Shown piece after piece: positions 52,484-62,771 of a stretch of 64,000 nt of DNA. The stretch is taken from assembly GCA_020891255.1 (NCBI GenBank), contig BQFW01000012.1, forward strand, positions 744,001 through 808,000, written 5' to 3'. The DNA comes from Entomortierella parvispora E1425. Taxonomy: Eukaryota; Fungi; Mortierellomycota. The notes under the pieces were generated by a model. The model saw only the letters and a program-made list of their open reading frames with translations, had not been told where the DNA came from and did not search any database. Numbering within the stretch: position 1 is the first letter of the stretch; the number at the start of each line of letters is the position of its first letter. The position numbers were made by a program, and so were the translations under genes.

Positions 52484-55400
52484 ATGTCGTCAGCTGTTAA
52501 TCATCTTGTGGACGACCCAGGGACGTCGAAAGAATCGAAAGTGATGTACAGCCAATACTGGCAAAGGCTACAAACTGGCAAGGCACTGCTGAAAATCCCC
52601 CTTCCGATTACTAAAACTTGTACCGAGGTCGAGGTCATATATGAGCTGCCACCGCCCAAAGAGAGAATATTCGAAGCCAGAGTTGCAATTCTCAAAACGC
52701 TACCTTCGCAAGATGTTGTTATGAAGGCCAACGAAATGCTGCGTAGGTTCAATAAGAGAAAACATCGGCTGCTCTTTTCGTTTAGGTGTCAATTGGCAAA
52801 ACTCCTGACCAGCACAGTTACAATATGTTTATTTATAGTTGGTGCGTCAGTGTCTCAAAAGGCGTGGGGCATTCGCATCCATGGCGTTGGAGATTTCTCG
52901 CATGCCTCGGTCAAAATCTTACTCGGCGCGGTGCAGACGCACACTTTCATCATTCAAGCGATGGAGATGTTTAACTGGATCGATGCCGTCTCGGATCGCA
53001 ACTTTGCCGATTGGATCCGCGACCTAATTTCCAATACCTCAGGCATCATCCATTGGGAGTTTCAGCCAACTTCTGAGGCGCCATTGGCCATTGGAAACGC
53101 GTTTTGTCTCATGAAGGAGTGCTTCATTAATGACGAGGTCGTGCGCACGGTGTTGCAGCTCTTTGCCGAGTCGTATGGGGCAAGCAATCGATACCTTTTG
53201 ATCACACCTACTCAACTCAACAACTGGCGAAAGAATCTATACCTGGAATGGAAAAGGGACGAGCTCCGAAGCGGGCGAGTTGAAAAGGCATTCTCGATTG
53301 TTTATATGCCATCTCATTGGGGTGCGATCGAGGTCGATTTCGTTAAATGTCAGATCTCATTTGGGGATTCCCTCTCTTATCCCACACCTCGTGAGGCCTG
53401 TCAAGCGATACGACAATGGATAAGATGCTGTGGGCTTGATATAGATCGTTGGAGCAGCCACATCGAGCATCTCGATGTCCCACGGCAACCAGCTAGCAGT
53501 GGATCGTGCGCTGTCAACTCCATCAATGCTGTCGAGAGGAGAATGAATCCTGAAATAGAACTCTGGACTCACGAACGATCTGCACATCATCGATTGAGGC
53601 TTTTGAAGCTGGCCACCGGCTACAACAAGGTGAATCTTTGCTTGTTTGTAACGTATGACACAAATCCCCCGTTGTCCGACCACCGTAGATTAATACTCAA
53701 TTCATCTAGATCGAACATGCAGCACATGCTTCTCGAGGCCAAGGGGTGGCAAGGGTGGCTGATCTCGATATTGTGTCGGCAAATGATCCGGACATAGTTA
53801 CAACTGACTCAATCATCACAGACAACGCCATTGTAAAAGTCGCAGTCAATGAAGAGATACCTACCGAAGATGGGGTCACTACAGCTGTAGCCGATGCGGC
53901 TATTCTAGAGGAGACCATTACAAGTGATGCTTTCTTAAATGTCGGACCCTCTTCATGTGGGGCCAGGGCAGAGGCAGCGGCCGCCGCCGTAACCATTACA
54001 AGTGATGCTCTTGCAGCTGACGGACCCTCTTCATGTGGGGCCAGGGCAGAGGTAGCGGCTGCCGCCATAGCCATCACAGGCAACAGTGCTGAAGAGGGTG
54101 ACAGCCTGCCGTGGACACCTTATATCGGCCAGTTGCATGAAACTCTTGAAGAACTAGAAGAAAAACTCCACGCATGGGCTCGCAAGCAAGGATTTTTCCT
54201 GAGAAGGATGCAGTCCAGACTCAAGAGGATGAATGGCCAAAGTCCCCGAGGTAGGTACTTAAAATCTGCAGGTTGTTTTTTTTTTCTCTATGGATCAATT
54301 CTTTTTGACACAAGTATGGTTTGCCGATGAATAGTAATTTTTGGTTGCAAGAAGGCTGGAAAACATGTTCCGCAAAAGAATGTTGACCCAGATAAGCACC
54401 GCAATTGCACCTCCAGCCGCGAGTGCTGCCCATGCCAAATCGTTGTTCGGTCTCCAAGGGAGTTGTTTCCACGTTGGCGTATTACTTCCCTTGTCACAGA
54501 CCACTGCCACGAACTCAAGAAATGCGACATCCTGGAGTCCAACCAGCGTGATAAACGACTCAGTGCCGAAATGCTCCAGCTTATTACCACCCATGCAGGC
54601 AAATGTGATCCCAAGTTTATTGTTTACATGCTTCAACATGAATGGCCAGACAAAGCGTTCGATCTTCGGACAGTCGCAAATGCCATCCAGAAAGCAAAAA
54701 ACAGTGCTCACATCGGTGGCTCCGAGGCTGCAGAGCTCCACAAGATTCTACAGGATAAAACGCGCAACGATAAAGACTGGTTCTTTGCTACCGATCTGGA
54801 TGAAAATGGCCGGCTCAGAAGGATGTTCTGGATGAGCCCTTCTCAAAGATACCTCTACCGACGCTACCGCGATGTTGTCATCAGCGATAACACTTACAAG
54901 ACGAACCGTTTCGGCATGCCTCTTAATGTTATAGTCATTATCGACAATGCAGGAAAGAGTCGTTTGGTAGGGTGTTCATTGGTTTCTGGGGAATCAGTGG
55001 AGGACTATGAGTGGATTCTAGAGCAACTGTTGGCGGCAAGCGACAACGTATATCCTCATATCATTTTCGTCGACGAAGATCCCGCTATGGAGGCCGCTTG
55101 TGCCACAACTATAAGCAAGACCACCGTCTTGAACTGTATCTGGCATCTGCGACAAAACCTGAACAAAAACCTCCACGGAGCGCTAGGCAAAGACTGGAAT
55201 GATTTTATATCAGCTTTTTGGACAACCCGAAACGCGCTTACGGCCTCCGATTTTGAGCGTAGATGGTCAGAGCATGTTGCGGTCTTTGGTGTTGATAAGC
55301 CAAAGATTGAGGGTTACCTGAAAAGGATAAGCGAGAAGCGCGAGCACTGGGCTTGGCCTTGGGTTGGGACAAGATTTACCGCCGGAATGCAGTCGACTCA

Positions 55401-56563
55401 GCGTGTGGAGAGTATGAATGCGGCCATCAAAAGGGCCGTCAATGGCAAGACGTCCCTTCCAGCACTGTTCGAGGCAATTGAAAAGAAGCTATCAAATGAA
55501 GCCCAGACTTCAAAGTATATTCTCTACAAGACGGATACAACGGTTGATCCCGCAACGTCGACGTTTGTTCAGCAAATGTTTGCCGATGTTATCGATGCAA
55601 ACAATCGCTATCTTGGCATCGCAGCAAAAAGTCAGATGAAGTTAGAGATGTCGCGCTCTGTTTTGTATCAGTCCAATCCACACACAGGTATAGACGCCTG
55701 TGCTCCACGATCAATCGAAGGAGGTGATTTCGAGGAAGTAAGTACTTGTACATCATTCCAATACCCAAGCGCAATCCTAAGACCAGATAGAGGTACTAAG
55801 CCGTTATTCTTCTCTTTGTCCTTAGATTGAGAGATCGTCAAAAGACGATCGCGAAATGAGCTCTCTCCAGTCCATCCAGACAATCGTTGGTTCTGATCGA
55901 ATTGTACAAATCTTCGACGTGACGTTCCGCTTGGACACGGAGCGAAAGTCACTTCAGCACATACTTTTACTGGCTGATGGCTCGTACATTTGTACTTGCC
56001 TCCTCCTCCAAAACAGCGGATTTGTATGTCGACACTATTTCCATCTGATGCAAGTTAGTGACAGATGCAAGTATCATGTCAGGCTTATTCCGATGCGGTG
56101 GTTTAAAGAAGAACTGCAGGACCTAACAGATCTTGATCTCTCAGGGGCGTTTTTGAGCGCAAAAACGCAGAAGACGGTCGCTCAGGTGGGGAGTGCAGAG
56201 GGAGAGCCTGCTTCTTCTTTCATGAGCGATATCATGAAGGTTTTCCCCTCAGTGCCATCCCTGTCGGGGGTTGATAAACGCAACCTTTCCAAAAAACGCC
56301 GCATTGGAGAGATATCTGGCCTGATGAAGAATATCATGGACACCGTGAACTCCAATCCAGAAGTATTCGAAACAGTTAAAGATGGCCTAAACCGTGTCAT
56401 TGTGAGGGGGGCAGGCGAAGAAGGTATGAAGGATCCTCACTATACAAAGACGAAGGGCAGACCGAGGACTTCTCGGATAAAGAGTAGCATGGAGACAAAA
56501 AAAAAATCAACGAAGTGTGGAGTGTGCAGCGGGGAAGGTCACAATTCTAGACAGCACTCATAA
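52484..56563 (+). CDS. Ulp1-like (C48) protease-FAR1-MULE DDE transposase-SWIM-zinc-knuckle fusion, predicted 1,275 aa
   Basis: Exons 52484-53629, 53710-54250, 54335-55737 and 55826-56563 join in frame via GT-AG introns. Protease SHW/GDS/RQ/GSC; DDE DNTYKTN, DEDPAM, RVESMN; CIWHL; SWIM CTCLLLQNSGFVCRH; C-terminal CGVCSGEGHN. An extra early intron cannot be excluded. Confidence 0.88.
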
Positions 56564-56770
56564 AAATAAACGTTTGTTTGGCAACCTGGGTTGTCAATTG
56601 AGGAATGACAGGTGGGTTGCCGAATAAAAAACGAGACTAACCAAATATAGAGTGGGTTGTCAGGTAAAACGAACAACCTGGGTTGTCAAATAGATAAACC
56701 CAAAGTTTCTCCCCACTCGAGCAGTGTAAACCTGTGGTGGGGAAGAATTGTTGAAAAAGTGCAAAAAGAA

Positions 56771-56843
56771 TGCTTTAGCCAGGTTTCGAACCTGGGACCT
56801 TCTGTTAGTGAGACAGATGTGATAACCACTACACTACTAAAGC
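56771..56843 (-). tRNA. tRNA-Val(CAC)
   Basis: Minus strand GCTTTAG..GTGT/TCAC D-arm..TCTGT-CT CAC TA-ACAGA..CCAGG-TTCGAAA-CCTGG-CTAAAGC-A. Confidence 0.95.
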
Positions 56844-57007
56844 CTGCAGGAAACCAGCTTATTGGCCAGGAACCAGATACTTTTCGATTATCCCCATCGA
56901 ATAAATATCAATAATATCACGTGACCATTATTTAATTAAGGGCTGTTCATGTTCTCGATTTTTTGAAATCGTCGGTTCTTTTTTTTTTTCAGGATTGCTT
57001 TTATTGC

Positions 57008-58603
57008 TCAGATGGCTCCTGGCTCCACGTAGAAGATCTTGGACATGCCAGTGTACCGCAAAATCTTCCCCTTCCAAAACAGATCCAGCTCGACCCTGGC
57101 GCGAACCAAGATCCTGTTCTCGGGCACAGGCGACGTACTCATCATGTTGCGTGTGGGATGCAAGTACAAGAACTGAACTTCACTGGGCAAATTGGCCGCC
57201 ACAATATCGTATCTCTCGGCCGTCAGCGCGTCTTCGACATAGACACTCACCGTTCCAGACAAAGGAATCAAGGACGCGGGCGGGTATTTTGGAGCATCCC
57301 ACGCGAGAACATATGGCGCTCCGAGAAAGAACCGCTTCTTGTTCTCAGTCCAATGAGTGATATTGATTGTACCTGCCTCAATGATCTCGATTGGAGGGTT
57401 GTATCCTGGGTCGGACTCGTGTTCCTTCCAAACGTAAATGTCATCCTGATTCTGAAAATGATTTGGGTCGATGAGGTGGGAGTGGTGATCTCCTCCTTGA
57501 TCACTCTGACCTCCGTGTTCTTCTTCTTCGTCCTGCATGTCGTCCATGTGTGGATGGTTTTGAACAGTGGCCTGCAATTGTTCTGTCGGTGGATCCATCG
57601 ACATGTCATCGCCATCAACAAACATTTCATGGTTGTTGACGCCCATATCTGGTTGATCAGGCTCTATCATATCCCTTTGCAGGTGATCCGGGCTTTCTTC
57701 TTCCTCCTCTTCTTCTCCTTCCTGCCTCTCCTCCTCCATCTGATCGTCGCTCACGGTCGGGTCATCAGAGGCTGAGGGCAAAGGAATCAAAGCTGTTCTT
57801 CGATCACGTTCATGGTCTTTTCGGACCTTGATGGGGAACACCTCCTTGCGAGCCAAGACTTTGCTCGACCTGCCTTCATAAACTGTCATGATCAGTCTCG
57901 TCAACACGTCCAGCGTGTCATCCGATAGGTCCTTGCTCTTCTTTTTTCCTCCTTTGTTTCCCTCCATTCCGGTGACCAGTACAGCGTTCTGAGCAAAAGG
58001 GCCTTGTTCCTTGCCCCTCAATTGCTCTCTCTCGAGTTGTTCATCCGAAATTAAGTCGTAGGGTACGACGAGGTCCATGAACCGGTCCATGGCCGAGACA
58101 TGCCGGACGATGGGTCGTCTCCTGCTGGGTCGGATCTTTGTTGCTGCCTGGACGGAGGCTGTGTTCGTGGAGGACTGACTGTCTTGGACTGTTTCTGTGC
58201 TGTGCAGAGTCTCCACTTCTTCATGGGCGGGTATCAGAGTAATGTCAAAAGTCGCATCTTCAGGCAAGTCCGAGTCCATCCAGCTCAGAGTCTCGATAGT
58301 TCCAGAGACCCAGACATCATTCGGGGCTGGGTTAAGGATTTCAAATGAGTAAAACTCGGACGCAGATCCGGAGTTGGAGACGGGCAAGACAGTGTGCGTA
58401 GTCAGAGAAGACCTTGTGGCGGATGCTGTTGGTTTGGAGGGAGTGGTGGAAGGAGAGGGTATCGAGGTATCTGAGGAGGTGTATGATACTGGGGCAGTGT
58501 GTGCACCGTGAAAGGCCAGGCAAAAGAGCGAGACAAAGGAAAACAATTGGGTTCGGGTTCTGGAACAAGTAAGGCGGGGGTTTATCCGCGTGGGTGGAGA
58601 CAT
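57008..58603 (-). CDS. Secreted hypothetical protein with two beta-rich (Kre9/GPI-Ser-Thr-like) domains and an acidic linker
   Basis: Intronless 531-aa ORF; signal-like N-terminus; EILNPAPNDVWVSG..LSW..FDITL domain. Family call tentative. Confidence 0.7.
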   Translation of the reverse strand: MSPPTRINPRLTCSRTRTQLFSFVSLFCLAFHGAHTAPVSYTSSDTSIPSPSTTPSKPTASATRSSLTTHTVLPVSNSGSASEFYSFEILNPAPNDVWVSGTIETLSWMDSDLPEDATFDITLIPAHEEVETLHSTETVQDSQSSTNTASVQAATKIRPSRRRPIVRHVSAMDRFMDLVVPYDLISDEQLEREQLRGKEQGPFAQNAVLVTGMEGNKGGKKKSKDLSDDTLDVLTRLIMTVYEGRSSKVLARKEVFPIKVRKDHERDRRTALIPLPSASDDPTVSDDQMEEERQEGEEEEEEESPDHLQRDMIEPDQPDMGVNNHEMFVDGDDMSMDPPTEQLQATVQNHPHMDDMQDEEEEHGGQSDQGGDHHSHLIDPNHFQNQDDIYVWKEHESDPGYNPPIEIIEAGTINITHWTENKKRFFLGAPYVLAWDAPKYPPASLIPLSGTVSVYVEDALTAERYDIVAANLPSEVQFLYLHPTRNMMSTSPVPENRILVRARVELDLFWKGKILRYTGMSKIFYVEPGAI

Positions 58604-59142
58604 TATGGGTAGTTGAGATGTAAATGCATAAAAAAAAGCGTAAATTCAAAAATGCAAAAGAAATGGAACGAAGGAGTTTTCTAAATCTGATTGTCCAACG
58701 GTGAATGAATTAAACAAGAGGGTGCGGAAGAGAAGGAGGAAGAGAAAGAAAGAGGGTCGTGGAAATGAAAATATAAATAAAAATAGCCCGCGTGGAAGCT
58801 GGACGATTTTATCCATTCCTCTTCTCCGTGGCGCTTCACAGGCGTCGAGGGGACGAAGGAGATTCGACGACCGCATTTTGAGTGCAATTACACAAAAAAA
58901 GGGGTTTAACGTCTTTTGGGACTGGGTGGACATTGCTCGTCTAGAATCTAGACAAATCCCATGTGTGTTTGAGAGCCCCCGTCAAAACAAGAGCACACCA
59001 ACCCCGGTCCATGGCACAGACGCGTCGGGATTACTTTGTTCACAACCATTGGCGCAGACTCGTTTTTAGAATGCAAGAGATGCTAGGATGCCGCTTTACT
59101 ATGGTCTATGTGTGCTATACATGTAAATACAAGGAGGGCAGT

Positions 59143-60312
59143 TTACTCCCAGATGTTTTCCAAACTGGTCGACATCTTGAACCCCTTCCAAGCGATCCAT
59201 TGGTCTTTGGGCGTCTGGTAACTCTTGTCATGGCCTCCAAGGAAGGACGAGAACATAAACTTGACTTGGCGAGAGGCCGGATCCTGTACTTCATCATATC
59301 CTCGCCTCAGCAGAATCAAATCTTGAACCTGGATTACAGGCTGGCTGTCGAGGTAAACTGCCAGGTATCCATCCCTGACCGCATCCCCTTTCGAGTTGAC
59401 TCTCACGATCTGGGTGACATTGTGCCATTTTCCGGATTGAAACTTGAAGGCGCCTCCACGACCGATCGAGATACCATAGTTTGGATTACACATGTTGAGT
59501 GACCCAGGACTAGTTTTGATACGCAATCCTTTAAGACAAGCCTCGTGTTCTGGATTGATAGCCCGCTTCTGAAAGGATTCATCGAGTCCAAGTCCTTGTT
59601 CAGGTTCATCATCGTACTCTGGAATATGCAAAGCATCAATCCGCTGTTGCTCTAGTTTTAACAAGGCCTCAAGGGATCGTCTATCCAGGCTCCGTTTGCA
59701 GGACGCAACCTTTTCCCTGGGGAAATAAACCGACTTAGAGGCGTGGAGATAGAGCTCGCCGTATCCTTGGGGTCTCCACATCATCCTAGTCGAGAAGCAT
59801 CTCTCGGCAGATCCGCCTCCTGAACAGCCAGCGTTACATCCTTGTTCAGTTCCCAGAAGGATACCGGGAAGTTTGCCACCTCGGATCCATTCAAATCCAG
59901 GCTGGAAGAGCATTAGATATTCAAGTCGGATGAATCGACTCTTGGGTCCCGAAAAAGCTTCTTTGGGTAAGGGTGTCGAGATGAATGAGCTGTGCTTATC
60001 TTTGGATCCAGAGTACGAGTGGGCGGGGTATAATGTGCGAAGGACCCTGTCCGAATTGCTGCTCTGTTTCGAAATTGGATCCGAAACGATGGCAAAGTTA
60101 CTATCGGCGTCGATAGATCCGGCCAGGTGAAGGGGACCTTGAAGTTGAGAGACGGATGTGGGCAGATGGCTGACTTCCCAGTGGTATAATATATTGGATC
60201 CCAAGCTGGAAATGCTGACATCGCCGTCGGTAGTGTTGGTCGCAGGCGTAGGTGCAGAGACAACCGCGGCTGCCAAAGTGGATACAAGGAGTGCTGAGAG
60301 TAGAAAATGCAT
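59143..60312 (-). CDS. Polysaccharide lyase family 14 protein, secreted, intronless
   Basis: Signal peptide; LYPAHSY, FEWIRGGKLPG, FSTRMMWR, SIGRGGAF, FSSFLGGHD. Confidence 0.87.
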   Translation of the reverse strand: MHFLLSALLVSTLAAAVVSAPTPATNTTDGDVSISSLGSNILYHWEVSHLPTSVSQLQGPLHLAGSIDADSNFAIVSDPISKQSSNSDRVLRTLYPAHSYSGSKDKHSSFISTPLPKEAFSGPKSRFIRLEYLMLFQPGFEWIRGGKLPGILLGTEQGCNAGCSGGGSAERCFSTRMMWRPQGYGELYLHASKSVYFPREKVASCKRSLDRRSLEALLKLEQQRIDALHIPEYDDEPEQGLGLDESFQKRAINPEHEACLKGLRIKTSPGSLNMCNPNYGISIGRGGAFKFQSGKWHNVTQIVRVNSKGDAVRDGYLAVYLDSQPVIQVQDLILLRRGYDEVQDPASRQVKFMFSSFLGGHDKSYQTPKDQWIAWKGFKMSTSLENIWE

Positions 60313-60783
60313 TGCAGTTGTAGATGAGGCGATCGATCAGCGACTAGCCACGAAGAGAGACGACGGGAAGGACGGTATATGGGAGGGTAAAGTCCTGTAC
60401 TTATATGAAGATCTGATCAGGTCCGCTGGACGAGGTACAAGACCCCGATGTTCCTGGTCTTCTGTTTCGAGTGTCGGGTAGCAAACACACGACCTCCGCC
60501 TCATCTTCAAGACAGAAAACGAACTCGGCAACACTGTCTCTGTCCTGTAAGTTCGTGAAAATTGACCCATTTTTTTTTATGTGCGCTTAAAAAGCTTTCA
60601 TTCAGGTACCAGGACAAACAGAAACATTCTTTTTAACAGTTTTTTTAATATCGATGAAACAGGGGTTTTTTTTCGTTGAGCCCACGGGACCCGGACCGAT
60701 CCCAGCCTTTCACAGAAGATCTCGACCTGATTTTTTTCGTGCGGGTTTCGGGAGTGCTGTTCAAAAGTCTGGAAATCCTTCCC

Positions 60784-61918
60784 CTACTTGTAGAAGATCA
60801 GAAACCGGGGAAGTGCAACTCGCGCGTCTGTGTGGTTGCTGATGGCTTTTGTCACCATGGGCTCAAACACACTGCACAGAAACATGGCCTTGGTTCCTGC
60901 CGCATTGGCCGTGCAATATGCGACTGAGGTCGCAGCATCAGGGGCAAAATAGAAACCAGGGCCTATAGAGCATATAAAGAAGAGAAGGTCAGTTTGTTCG
61001 AAACGCGAAAAAAAAGGCCATCGCAACTCTGTCATTTTTTTTACCTCGACGAATAAACGATACCACAAATCCGCTTTGAAGGATGCTACAAATGCAGCAA
61101 GTGGGGTCCGAACAGGTAGTCCCAAGAGTGCATACAGAGTCGCAGACGAGCCTTGTCCCATGGAATTTGAGGCTTGCTTTCATCTGGCTGGCCGATGTCA
61201 GGTGCCCCTTGGCAAGCTTGGCTGGATAGATAATCCTCGCAATCTTTGTGATGGTCAGAGCACCCTTGACTTTCTTGCGCACGTTCAAAAAATCGAAGTT
61301 ATCCCGTTCCAAGAAGACGAGTTTGGTCTGAACCAGTCCATCCGAGTGCTTGTGAAAACATTGCTTGGCACAATAATCGTAGCGAACAAACACATTTCGC
61401 TCAGAGACGTACGAGGTCTTTGGGCACCCAGGACGGGCACAAGGTCGTGCTATGGGGAGCAAAGATTGCTTGCGACAGGTTCTGGAACAATACTCGTGAT
61501 GCTGGAAAGCCCCTTTGAGGCAGCCCGTGCGCTTGCAGATCCTCGCGGTGGATGCACCACGCGCAGCTTGGAGAAGGTCAGCGATCTTGGATCGAAAGTA
61601 TATAGCAGTTATGGCCATGATGAATGAATAGAACCACATGGTGGGGACAAGGAGAACAGAGGCGACAAACAAAGAAGGGAGGCCGGGCCGTTCGTGCCAG
61701 TGGCTGACTAACCGACTGATGGGTTGATCGATCGATGCGAGTGTGAGTGTGAGAAGAGTCTCTTTACACCATTCGGTGATGGGTGATGGGTGATGGTGAT
61801 CGACCGTTTTGTCGGTCCATTGCCTTCTCGTCCTTGCGAAAACACAAATGACAAAAAAGGGAGAACACAGGACGACTATGGAGCTGATGACAATATCACG
61901 CCTCATCGACCACAGCAA
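60784..61918 (-). CDS. PARP/ADP-ribosyltransferase-like protein with two Cys-rich fingers (start uncertain, at least 2 exons)
   Basis: CKRTGC..YCSRTC and CARPGC..YCAKQC; FHGT..C..C.IC.ILQSGF; second exon GPGFYFAPDAATSVAY..LPRFLIFY. Confidence 0.7.
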
Positions 61919-62771
61919 AGATGACTAGGGAAGACAAAGAGGATTCCATCCTGCAGGAAAATTGCACCGCTGTCGATATCCTCGCCCACCAACCCCTTTT
62001 CATCTGAATACATGTGGTACAGTACTGTACATGTTCATTGCCAACGCATGCATGCAAAGCCAACTTGTCCTGGTGGGTTCTCTTGTCCCCCCTGTCTTTT
62101 TTGTTTTTTCAATTGTTGTTTTTAGTCCGACACAACATCAACACCCCCGAAAGTGCGCCCAAGTCTACGAAGCGCAAAACTCTTATTGTGAAAGACACAA
62201 CAGACAGACAACAAATCCTGGATTGTGAAAAAATCAACGCGGACTGTACCGCCACCTGTGATGCTACCTTCTCGGATACGGCGTCTGAACGGTCTTGAAA
62301 AGGAGACAAGGATCAAAAGGAGGGAAATGGGGGGAGGGAGGTGGGGGGGGGGGGGAAACAAGATAGACTACAGATGGCGTCCACATAGAGAGGATAATGA
62401 AGGACAATAATCGTAACAGATCTTCGGCCCCTGCGCTGCCCAGCAGGAACGAAATTTTTTCTTTGGGAGATGACGAGCATCGGGTCATGGGCAGAAGACT
62501 TTTTTTTTTCTCTTTGTTCTCTTTCTTTTTTTAATATCTGGTTTTGTTTTCCTAATATGATTTGTGGTTATGAGTCAAGGGTTCAAAAAGAAAAGCATGA
62601 AAAATGAAGAAAGAAAAAAAAAGGAATTGAAGAATATGTACACTGATATAGAAACGAAAGAAAAAGAGAAAAAAAAAATGTGATGTGAACCCAAGGCCCT
62701 TGAGAGAAGAGAGAGCCACCTTTGTCGCCTCAAAAATGCCAAATAAATATGTCTAACTCTGAAACCACTTC

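Larger units (their letters stand above)
47095..56701 (+). mobile_element. Complete Mutator-like DNA transposon (MULE), 9,607 bp
   Basis: 50-bp TIRs (47095-47144 / 56652-56701, 46/50 identical); perfect 9-bp TSD aaagtttct (47086-47094 / 56702-56710); internal MULE transposase. Confidence 0.92.
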
